DNA from: Candidatus Levyibacteriota bacterium
GTDB lineage: Bacteria > Patescibacteriota > Microgenomatia > Levybacterales > UBA12049
Assembly (NCBI GenBank): GCA_016432345.1
Contig: CP066685.1
Span: 368,236-432,235 of the forward strand
Length of the DNA: 64,000 bases
Reading direction: 5' to 3'
Of the stretch, positions 53,395-61,407 are shown in pieces. A program made the position numbers and the translations under genes. The notes beneath the pieces were generated by a model. That model ran no database searches and was not told the origin of the DNA. It saw only the letters and a program-made list of their open reading frames with translations. Positions within the stretch are counted from its first letter, which is position 1; the number at the start of each line of letters is the position of its first letter.

Positions 53395-54367
53395 AAAAAA
53401 TAAGATAGAACCAGTAACAATAGTACTGCCAACAAGAAATGCCGCAACAACTGTTTTATTATCGTTGCAAAGCATACATAAGCAAACATACCCTATAAAA
53501 GAAGTTATTGTTGTTGATAATGCGTCTTCTGATGATTCTATAAAAATTGTTAGAAATTTTGCCAAAAAATCAAGAATACCCATTCGTATTGTTTCACGCC
53601 AAAAAAACTATGGACTTGGTGCAAGTTTTAATTTTGGAGTGGAATCTTCGAAAACATCGCTTGTGATCTTAATGCATTCAGATTGTATTTTGCCAACAGC
53701 AGGTGAACTGGATAAGTTAACAAGGCCTTTAATAGAAAATAACGATATTATTGCTACATACCCAACACTTTTTTTGCCAGAAAGTGTCTGGCAAACATAC
53801 AGTTTCTGGGAAAAATGTTTTTTTTCTCGTAAAGTAGGAAAAGGAGCTGCTGGCCTTCTAACAAAATTTGATTGTATAAGAAAAAAAGCGTATCAAGATG
53901 TTGGAGAAATTGATGTAAAAAATTTTGGTTTTGGTGGGTTTGATGCGGATATGCATGATAAACTACGTAAAATTGGTTTCGTTGCTAAAAGCGAAGCGGT
54001 AGTTATGCATTTACACTATTTGGGCGAAGGTTTTTCCTTAGGTAAATTGCTCGCTAAACTAAGAATGGATTCTAGAACCAATGGAAGGTGCATTCGTATG
54101 AGAGGGTTGTCATTGATACACGATGGCCTTTTTTTATTGATAAGGCCTAGTTTAGCAATTTTACCTTTTATACCCTATTTACATACTATTGGTATTGTAA
54201 TGTTGATCATCTACTCTTTTTTGTATACACATAAAGTGTTTATAACCAGATCTACGTTCCAAGATCCTAGAATAATTCTTTTGCCCTTGCTAAATGTTTT
54301 TCTTCTTTATTACGAAACTTTTTGGACCATAGAGGCTTTCTTATTTGGAAAAAATAAAATAGAATAA
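53387..54367 (+). CDS. Glycosyltransferase family 2 with C-terminal transmembrane segments
   Basis: 326 aa. Motifs VTIVLPTRNAA, IVVDNASSDDS and LMHSDC, with a hydrophobic tail LAILPFIPYLHTIGIVMLIIYSFLY. Confidence 0.75.
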   Translation: MTKKNKIEPVTIVLPTRNAATTVLLSLQSIHKQTYPIKEVIVVDNASSDDSIKIVRNFAKKSRIPIRIVSRQKNYGLGASFNFGVESSKTSLVILMHSDCILPTAGELDKLTRPLIENNDIIATYPTLFLPESVWQTYSFWEKCFFSRKVGKGAAGLLTKFDCIRKKAYQDVGEIDVKNFGFGGFDADMHDKLRKIGFVAKSEAVVMHLHYLGEGFSLGKLLAKLRMDSRTNGRCIRMRGLSLIHDGLFLLIRPSLAILPFIPYLHTIGIVMLIIYSFLYTHKVFITRSTFQDPRIILLPLLNVFLLYYETFWTIEAFLFGKNKIE

Positions 54368-54372
54368 TATAT

Positions 54373-55359
54373 ATGGAAGAGAAGGTTTTAATTACTGGAA
54401 TTACTGGTTTTACTGGATCGCATATGGCTGATTATATCCTAAGTAAAGGGATAAAAGTCTATGGTTTAAAGCGGTGGAATTTGTCTCGGCTTCGAAATAT
54501 TGCCCATATACTTTCTGAAGTAGAATTTTTTGATTGCGATTTAACAGATCCAATAGGAATAAGCAATATTATTGAAAAAATAAAACCGACAAAAATTTTT
54601 CACTTTGCTGCAGAAAGTGGTCTTGGTCCATCATGGACTCACCCAAGTCATTATATGGATGTGAATTATAAAGGAACGCTCAACCTTTTAGAAGCAGTGA
54701 GAAAAGCAAATATAACTCCAAAAATACTTATCTCAAGCAGTGTTGCGATGTATGGCGATATTCCCAAAGAGCATTTACCAATGAGAGAAGAAACGCCACT
54801 TAATCCTTTAAATCCTTATGCTGTGTCAAAAATAGCACAGGATTATATTGGTTATGTCTATCACAAAACGTATGGTCTTCATATTGTTCGCACTCGGGCT
54901 TTTAATATAGAAGGGCCAAGACGTGATAATATATTCGGTCTTCCATGGTATGCCTACCAGATTGCGCTTATTGAAGCAGGAAAACAAAAGTCAATACTCG
55001 AAAGCGGATATGTTTTGGCAAAACGGAATTTTATTCACGTAAAAGATATTGTTAATGCGTATTGGTTGGCTTTAAAACATTGCAAGCCGGAAGTATACTT
55101 GGTCGGTTCCGATAAGAAGGAAAATATCGGTACGTTTGATGAGGTGATAAAAAGCTTGATAAAAAAATCTACATTCAAAGGGGAAATAGAGCACAAGGTA
55201 ATTGAAAAATTTATTCGCGTCACGAATGAAACTGTTGTTATTGGAGATTGTAGAAAATTTTATGCAGCCACTGGTTGGAAACCTAAACTATCTTTTGAAG
55301 ATATTATTGACGACGTTTTGGTCTACTGGCGTAATTTTGTTAAAAAAGATCTCTACTAA
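54373..55359 (+). CDS. Extended SDR, GDP-mannose 4,6-dehydratase/reductase-like nucleotide-sugar enzyme
   Basis: 328 aa. Motifs VLITGITGFTGSHMADYIL, GLKRW...HI and YAVSKIAQDY (YxxxK). The overall layout resembles the GMD/Rmd family, but I could not see a clear dehydratase T-[DE] signature (SSSVAMYG). Confidence 0.65.
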   Translation: MEEKVLITGITGFTGSHMADYILSKGIKVYGLKRWNLSRLRNIAHILSEVEFFDCDLTDPIGISNIIEKIKPTKIFHFAAESGLGPSWTHPSHYMDVNYKGTLNLLEAVRKANITPKILISSSVAMYGDIPKEHLPMREETPLNPLNPYAVSKIAQDYIGYVYHKTYGLHIVRTRAFNIEGPRRDNIFGLPWYAYQIALIEAGKQKSILESGYVLAKRNFIHVKDIVNAYWLALKHCKPEVYLVGSDKKENIGTFDEVIKSLIKKSTFKGEIEHKVIEKFIRVTNETVVIGDCRKFYAATGWKPKLSFEDIIDDVLVYWRNFVKKDLY

Positions 55360-55374
55360 TCTATGTAATAATAT

Positions 55375-55920
55375 ATGAAGTTTACTGAAACCGAAATTAG
55401 TGGTGTATATATTATAGAACCAGAACCGAAGAATGATCACAGAGGTTACTTCGAAAGAATTTACTGTTTAGATGAATTTAATCGAAAAAGAATCAACTTT
55501 AAAATTGCCCAGATGAATCGTTCTTTATCTTTTCGTAAAGGTACTATAAGAGGAATACATATGCAAAAATCTCCAAAATCAGAAGATAAATTAATTTCTT
55601 GTATACAAGGAGCGGTATTTGATGTTGTTATTGATTTAAGAGAAGAATCTAAAACATTTGGCAAATGGATCGGCAATACATTGAGTTTTGAAAATAAAAA
55701 AATGGTATTTGTTCCTAAAGATGTTGCGCATGGGACACAATCTTTACAAGATAATACTGTAGTACAATATCCTGTTTCAGAATTTTATTCTCCAGAACTT
55801 GCAACCGGTATTCGCTGGAACGATCCGTATTTTAAAATTACCTGGCCGATACAAGAAAATGTAATAGTATCAGATATTGATGCGAGTTGGCAGCTTTTTT
55901 CTCCTCATCATGAAAAATAA
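55375..55920 (+). CDS. RmlC-like cupin nucleotide-sugar 3,5-epimerase
   Basis: 181 aa. Motifs GVYIIEPEPKNDHRGYFERIY, RGIHMQ and FVPKDVAHGTQSL, the hallmark of dTDP-4-dehydrorhamnose 3,5-epimerase-type enzymes. Confidence 0.85.
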   Translation: MKFTETEISGVYIIEPEPKNDHRGYFERIYCLDEFNRKRINFKIAQMNRSLSFRKGTIRGIHMQKSPKSEDKLISCIQGAVFDVVIDLREESKTFGKWIGNTLSFENKKMVFVPKDVAHGTQSLQDNTVVQYPVSEFYSPELATGIRWNDPYFKITWPIQENVIVSDIDASWQLFSPHHEK

Positions 55921-56854
55921 CTTTTTATTAACAGGAGCTACAGGATTTATAGGTTCAAATTTAGCTAGGGAGCTAGTGAGGCAAGAGCAAAACGTGAGTG
56001 TTATTGTAAGAAATAAAGAACTAAATTGGAGGTTAAAAGATATAGCAGATAAGCTTGATATTTATGAATGCAATATACAAGATGAAAAACTTCTAGAAAT
56101 AGTAAATAGAGTTAAGCCAGACTACATTTTCCACTTAGCTCGTTATGGTAACTTACCTCAGGAAGAAGATATTTTAAAAATGATAGATATAAACTTTAAA
56201 GGAACAGTAAATCTTATTAATGCTGCCAAACAAAATCCCTTTAAACTCTTGATTAATACGAGCAGTTGTATTGAATATGGAGTGAAAGAGCAAAGCATGA
56301 AAGAAACTGATTATCTTGTTCCTATAAACAATTTTGGAGTTGTAGCAGCTGGAATAACTCTTTATGCTCAAAAAGAAGCAATAAGAAATAACCTTCCCAT
56401 TATTACATTACGATTATTTACTCCCTACGGATACTATGAAGATGGTTTTCGTCTTATTCCATCGGTTATCAAAAGTGCGATAGAAAACGAACTCATTAAA
56501 GTTTCTACTCCGGAAAATGTCAGGGATTTCATTTTTATAGAGGATGTTGTAGATGCTTACATAGGTGCAACGGGGATAAGACATAATCCTGGAGAAATAT
56601 ATAATATTGGAAGCGGTAGGCAACATTCTATTGGAGATATTGTACGATTGATACTTGAAATTACAAAAAGTAAGTCAAATGTTCAGTGGGGTGCAGTAAA
56701 AAAACAGACGAGATACATAGAGCCAGCAAAATGGCAGGCTAATATATCAAAAACAAAAAAAATACTCCGTTGGGAACCAAAAAATTCTATAGAATTTGGT
56801 CTACAGAAAGCCATACAATGGCTTAATCTACACAAAGATCTATATAATAATTAA
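55910..56854 (+). CDS. Extended SDR-like protein lacking the canonical YxxxK at the expected position
   Basis: ATG 55910 (MKNNFLLTGATGFIGSNL). The track start 55877 lies inside the upstream gene. At the position where the paralogs have P-x3-Y-x3-K, this protein reads PINNFGVVAAG. Confidence 0.65.
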   Translation: MKNNFLLTGATGFIGSNLARELVRQEQNVSVIVRNKELNWRLKDIADKLDIYECNIQDEKLLEIVNRVKPDYIFHLARYGNLPQEEDILKMIDINFKGTVNLINAAKQNPFKLLINTSSCIEYGVKEQSMKETDYLVPINNFGVVAAGITLYAQKEAIRNNLPIITLRLFTPYGYYEDGFRLIPSVIKSAIENELIKVSTPENVRDFIFIEDVVDAYIGATGIRHNPGEIYNIGSGRQHSIGDIVRLILEITKSKSNVQWGAVKKQTRYIEPAKWQANISKTKKILRWEPKNSIEFGLQKAIQWLNLHKDLYNN

Positions 56855-58083
56855 TGAAAGCAATTCAGCAGGCAGTAATTCTAGCGGGTGGTTTGGGTAC
56901 CCGCATGAGACCTCTAACAAATATTACTCCTAAGCCTATGATACCAATTCATGGCAAGCCATTTCTGGCGTATCTTATGGAACTTTTGAAAAATAATGGA
57001 ATTGAGGAAGTTATTATTTTGGTTGGGTACCTACATGAACAGATTGAGGAATATTTCGGCAATGGCAAAAAGTTTGGCTTAAAAATTACATACTCGTATG
57101 ATCCAGTAGAAGCAGATACGGGAACTCGCGTACGAAACGCATCACGACTTTTTGCTAAGCATTTTCTTCTGTTGTATGGAGATAATTATTGGCCACTTAA
57201 TCTATCAGTGCTAACAAGATTTTATGAAGATAAAAAAAAGAAAGCGTCAACAGTAGTATTTAGCAATTTTGATAATTCAACAAAAAATAATATGCTCATA
57301 AATGAAAACGCAATTGTAGAAATATATGATAGGGAAAGAAAAAAGAAAAATCTTAATGGTGTTGATATTGGATTTTTTATTCTCGATAGAGATGTTTTAA
57401 CGTTGTTACCAAGCGGAAACTTTTCTTTTGAAGAAGTTATATTACAAAAACTTATTAAAAATCGTCAATTGGCTGGGTTTTTAACTAATCATAAATATTA
57501 CAGCTTAACCAATCAGGATAGAATAAAGGGGATAGAAACATATTTTGAGAAGAAAAAGGTAATTTTTTTGGATCGGGATGGCGTCATCAACAAAAAACCA
57601 CCAAAAGCCCAATATGTGACAAAATGGAAAGATTTTCTTTTTTTGCCAAAAGCAAAAGAAGCGCTGATACTTTTGAAAAAGAAAAAATACATGATATTTA
57701 TTCTTTCGAATCAACCTGGGGTTGCAAGAGGTATGATGACAGTTCCTCAATTGGAGGATATCCATAGTCATCTCAGAGGTGAATTAGATAGTATTGGTGT
57801 AATGCTTGATGGAATATACAGCTGTATGCATGGGTGGGATGATAGTTGTTTTTGTCGAAAACCTAGTCCTGGTCTTTTTTTTGAGGCGGCAGCAGAACAC
57901 TTTATAAATCTTTACGATAGCTATTGCGTTGGGGATGATCCCCGCGATATAATAGCGGGGTCATTGGCTGGATGCAAAACTATTTTTTTGACGAGCAGAA
58001 AAGACAAACTAGAAAATTTTGGGAAACAACAACCTACTATGATTACGAAAGATTTGTATAGCATTAGCCAGAAATTACCATGA
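56854..58083 (+). CDS. Fusion of a sugar-1-phosphate nucleotidyltransferase (HddC-like) and D,D-heptose 1,7-bisphosphate phosphatase (GmhB, HAD)
   Basis: 409 aa. N-terminal motif AVILAGGLGTRMRPLT..PKPMIPI. C-terminal motifs VIFLDRDGVIN, SNQPGVARG, CFCRKPSPGLF and VGDDPRDIIAG. Confidence 0.8.
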   Translation: MKAIQQAVILAGGLGTRMRPLTNITPKPMIPIHGKPFLAYLMELLKNNGIEEVIILVGYLHEQIEEYFGNGKKFGLKITYSYDPVEADTGTRVRNASRLFAKHFLLLYGDNYWPLNLSVLTRFYEDKKKKASTVVFSNFDNSTKNNMLINENAIVEIYDRERKKKNLNGVDIGFFILDRDVLTLLPSGNFSFEEVILQKLIKNRQLAGFLTNHKYYSLTNQDRIKGIETYFEKKKVIFLDRDGVINKKPPKAQYVTKWKDFLFLPKAKEALILLKKKKYMIFILSNQPGVARGMMTVPQLEDIHSHLRGELDSIGVMLDGIYSCMHGWDDSCFCRKPSPGLFFEAAAEHFINLYDSYCVGDDPRDIIAGSLAGCKTIFLTSRKDKLENFGKQQPTMITKDLYSISQKLP

Positions 58084-59060
58084 TAATTTCTCGAACACCT
58101 CTTAGAATTAGTTTTGTTGGCGGTGGAAGTGATATTGCTGCTTTTTATCAACATACCCCGGGCGCCGTTGTTACTACAGCTGTTAATAAATATGTGTATA
58201 TAGCGGTGAATAAGCAATTTGATGGAAGAATTCTTATCAATTACTCAAAAACAGAAATAGTAAATAAGGTTTCAGATATCGAGAATAATTTAGTTAGGGA
58301 AGCATTAAAGTTGACAGGTGTTATGGGGGGTATTCATATTACATCTGTTGCAGATATTCCATCCGAAGGTACAGGAATGGGCTCTTCTAGTTCTTACCTT
58401 GTCGGGTTGCTAAATGCACTTTATGCTTTTCAGGGAAAACATGTTAATGCAGAGAGATTAGCTAGGGATGCGAGTAAAATAGAAATAGATATTTTAAAAA
58501 AACCTATTGGAAAACAAGACCAATATATTGCGGCATATGGTGGTTTGCAGTTTATGCAGTTTAATTCTGATAGTAGTGTTTATGTTGATCCAATTATTTG
58601 TAAAGCAGAAATAAAAAGATTATTAGAAAAGCGCTTATTGCTTTTTTATACAGGTATAACAAGATCATCAGATCCAATTCTGGCAAAACAGACAAATAAT
58701 ATGGCCACTCAAAAAAAGAAGAGACAGATAATGAGAAGAATGGTATTGCTTGCAAAAAAAATGCAGATTGCAATAAACAAAAACAATTTAGCTTCATTTG
58801 GAGAAATGCTTCATGAAAACTGGACATTAAAAACACAAATGGCAGAGGGAGTTACAAATTTTCAGATAAATAAGTGGTATGAAACAGGCCGTAAAAATGG
58901 AGCTCTTGGAGGAAAACTTTTGGGAGCAGGGGGTGGAGGATTTCTTCTGTTTTATGCTATAGAAGAAAAACATAAGAAAATTATTCATGCGCTCTCGGAT
59001 TTAATTTATCAAGATCTTACTTTAGAACCACAGGGAAGTAAGATTGTATTTATTGATTGA
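58080..59060 (+). CDS. hddA: GHMP-family D-glycero-alpha-D-manno-heptose 7-phosphate kinase (HddA-like)
   Basis: 326 aa. Motifs IISRTPLRISFVGGGSDI and the GHMP motif PSEGTGMGSSSS, then GGKLLGAGGGGF. ATGA overlap with the upstream gene. Confidence 0.75.
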   Translation: MIISRTPLRISFVGGGSDIAAFYQHTPGAVVTTAVNKYVYIAVNKQFDGRILINYSKTEIVNKVSDIENNLVREALKLTGVMGGIHITSVADIPSEGTGMGSSSSYLVGLLNALYAFQGKHVNAERLARDASKIEIDILKKPIGKQDQYIAAYGGLQFMQFNSDSSVYVDPIICKAEIKRLLEKRLLLFYTGITRSSDPILAKQTNNMATQKKKRQIMRRMVLLAKKMQIAINKNNLASFGEMLHENWTLKTQMAEGVTNFQINKWYETGRKNGALGGKLLGAGGGGFLLFYAIEEKHKKIIHALSDLIYQDLTLEPQGSKIVFID

Positions 59061-59743
59061 TGAAAAATAAAAATATCATCATAAAAAAAGATATTGAACT
59101 AGATCCAAAAGATTTTATAAATGGATATCTTTTGGAAATAACACGCTGTCTTGCATCTATTGACAAAACAAAAATAGAGCTTGTTATTGATGCACTCGTT
59201 GATGCATACAAGAAAGATAGAAAAGTATTTATTCTCGGAAACGGTGGGAGCGCATCGACTGCTTCCCATATGGCATGCGATTTTGGAAAAGGAACATTGC
59301 AGCGAGTATATGACAATACAGAGCGGAGATTTCGCGTGATATCTCTTACCGATAATGTAGCGCTTATGACTGCTTTTGCCAATGATCTAACTTTTGACGA
59401 TATTTTTGTTCAGCAGTTGCGAAATTTGGTTGAGACAGACGATGTTGTCATAGCGCTTTCCGGCAGTGGAAATAGTCTAAATGTAGTCAAAGCAATAGAA
59501 TATGCAAAAACATGCGGAGCAAAAACAATTGGAATTTTAGGTTTTAAAACAGGAGGTAAAGTTGGTAGTATTGTTGATTATTCAATAATTGTTGATAGTA
59601 ATCATTATGGTCCAATCGAAGATATTCAATTAGTTATCAACCATATGATTGCCGCTTGGATTGCAAAAGTTAAACACATTTATGATAAAAATCTACAGGG
59701 TGTTAATGAGAATAAGGCTGTGCCTTTCACTTTCGGTGCGTAA
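59057..59743 (+). CDS. gmhA: SIS-domain phosphoheptose (sedoheptulose-7-phosphate) isomerase
   Basis: 228 aa. Motifs FILGNGGSASTASHMACDF and ALSGSGNSLNVVKAIEYAK. ATGA overlap with the upstream kinase. Confidence 0.8.
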   Translation: MMKNKNIIIKKDIELDPKDFINGYLLEITRCLASIDKTKIELVIDALVDAYKKDRKVFILGNGGSASTASHMACDFGKGTLQRVYDNTERRFRVISLTDNVALMTAFANDLTFDDIFVQQLRNLVETDDVVIALSGSGNSLNVVKAIEYAKTCGAKTIGILGFKTGGKVGSIVDYSIIVDSNHYGPIEDIQLVINHMIAAWIAKVKHIYDKNLQGVNENKAVPFTFGA

Positions 59744-59766
59744 TTATATCCATTTTTGAATAGAAT

Positions 59767-60045
59767 ATGGAGGAATTAATTTCTTTATACGACAACGTAT
59801 TAATTTATTATCCAAACGTTTTTTTACTAGTACTATTTTTCCTTAGTATTTTAGGAATAATTAAGGTAAGAAGAGTTGTTGAAGAAGCAAAAAGAGAATT
59901 AAATAACAAAAAAAAGAAATCCTCTTTCGTTTCGATCGCAAGAGTATTTCTTATTCGAATAAATACATTATTAGCACGGCATGAGATACAAATAAAAAAA
60001 ATAGTTAAAAAGGTAGGAAAACAAGTATTAATTGAAAATAAATGA
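59767..60045 (+). CDS. Small single-pass membrane protein, unknown function
   Basis: 92 aa. One hydrophobic helix (VFLLVLFFLSILGIIKV) followed by a K/R-rich tail. ATGA overlap with the downstream gene. Confidence 0.4.
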   Translation: MEELISLYDNVLIYYPNVFLLVLFFLSILGIIKVRRVVEEAKRELNNKKKKSSFVSIARVFLIRINTLLARHEIQIKKIVKKVGKQVLIENK

Positions 60046-60551
60046 AAAAAATAAGTATCTTATTTATTATTTGTTATTTTATATTTTTGCCAAAAGCGTT
60101 TGCATCCACAGAGTATACTTTTCCCTGGCCAGGAATATTGCCGGACAACAAATTGTATAAAATAAAAGTTTTAAGAAATAAAATTATTGAAAAGATGATT
60201 GTGAGTCCTGTAAAAAAGGTCGAGTTTGATTTACTCATGGCAGATAAAACAATTTATGCCAGCAAATTATTAGTAGATAAAGGAGAGATTGACTTGGCTA
60301 AAGATATTGCCTTAAAAGGCGAGAATTACTACAGCATTCTTGCGCAAGATTACAATAAATCCCTTCAGCAAAAGAAAAAAATTCCCGTCCAGCTAGATCG
60401 GAAAATAACATTGGCTGCTATAAAACATCAGGAAGTTTTTAAGCAACTTGAAGATGCAGTTGCAGGTGAAAATAAGAAGACTTTTCAAATTGCAAGTAGA
60501 TTTTCAAAAATTAACTACGATTTCATCGTAAGTTTAAGAAATCGTAAATAA
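60042..60551 (+). CDS. Secreted protein, DUF5667-like (tentative), paralog of 35952..36479
   Basis: 169 aa. Signal peptide MKKISILFIICYFIFLPKAFA, then STEYTFPWPGILPDNKLYKIK and a helical body. Confidence 0.5.
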   Translation: MKKISILFIICYFIFLPKAFASTEYTFPWPGILPDNKLYKIKVLRNKIIEKMIVSPVKKVEFDLLMADKTIYASKLLVDKGEIDLAKDIALKGENYYSILAQDYNKSLQQKKKIPVQLDRKITLAAIKHQEVFKQLEDAVAGENKKTFQIASRFSKINYDFIVSLRNRK

Positions 60552-60552
60552 T

Positions 60553-61407
60553 ATGTCAATGTTGTCTAATGAGACTGCAGTTATTACTGGGGGAGCAAGA
60601 GGAATTGGTTTTGAAATAGCTAAAGAATTAGTTGATCAAGGCGCAAAAGTTGTTATTTGCTCCCGCACAAAATCAGATCTGGAAAAAGCGCTTAAACTAT
60701 TAAATAGAAAAAAGGAGGTAGCATATGGTAGGATTTGCGATGTATCCTCCCCGCGTGACTGTAAAAAATTGATTACATTTGCCCAAAAAAAATTACGAAA
60801 GGTAGATATCTTAGTAAATAATGCAGGTATTTATGGTCCCATTGACTCTTTTGAGAAAATTAATATAAACGACTTCCAAAAAACAATTGAAATAAATCTT
60901 ATGGGTATGGTTTATTGCTCATATTTTGTTATTCCGATTATGAAAAGAAATGGCAATGGAAAAATTATTAATTTATGCGGAGCTGGTGTGGGAGGCGGTA
61001 CGCTCCCTAAGTTTGCCGCCTATTTTACTTCCAAATTTGCTGTTGCGGGATTTACAGAAGTTTTATCAGACGAGCTTAAAGAAAAAAATATCCAGGTAAA
61101 CGCAATATCTCCTGGTCCTGTTAATACATATTTAAATAAATATCTTATCGAGCAGGGATCTGAAAAAAGCGGTAAAGAAATATATGAAAATGCCGTCAAA
61201 CAACAAAAAGATGGTGGGGCGTCACCGCAATTGGCTGCTGAACTAGTCGCTTATTTAGTTTCACCCGAGGCAAATCATATTACCGGAAGATTGCTAAGCG
61301 CTAAATGGAATCCATCTGAAAAGTTAAAAAATATAACAGAGTTTGGCAGTAATCTATATAAGCTAAGAAAAATTAATGAAGAACAGTATTATGAAAAAAA
61401 AGAATGA
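60553..61407 (+). CDS. Classical short-chain dehydrogenase/reductase (SDR)
   Basis: 284 aa. Motifs AVITGGARGIGFEIA, NNAGI and YFTSKFAV (YxxxK). Confidence 0.8.
   Translation: MSMLSNETAVITGGARGIGFEIAKELVDQGAKVVICSRTKSDLEKALKLLNRKKEVAYGRICDVSSPRDCKKLITFAQKKLRKVDILVNNAGIYGPIDSFEKININDFQKTIEINLMGMVYCSYFVIPIMKRNGNGKIINLCGAGVGGGTLPKFAAYFTSKFAVAGFTEVLSDELKEKNIQVNAISPGPVNTYLNKYLIEQGSEKSGKEIYENAVKQQKDGGASPQLAAELVAYLVSPEANHITGRLLSAKWNPSEKLKNITEFGSNLYKLRKINEEQYYEKKE

Noticed and set aside
59050-59382. A 110-aa antisense ORF opposite gmhA.
   Set aside because: The sense strand carries clear SIS-domain motifs, and the antisense translation has no recognisable features.
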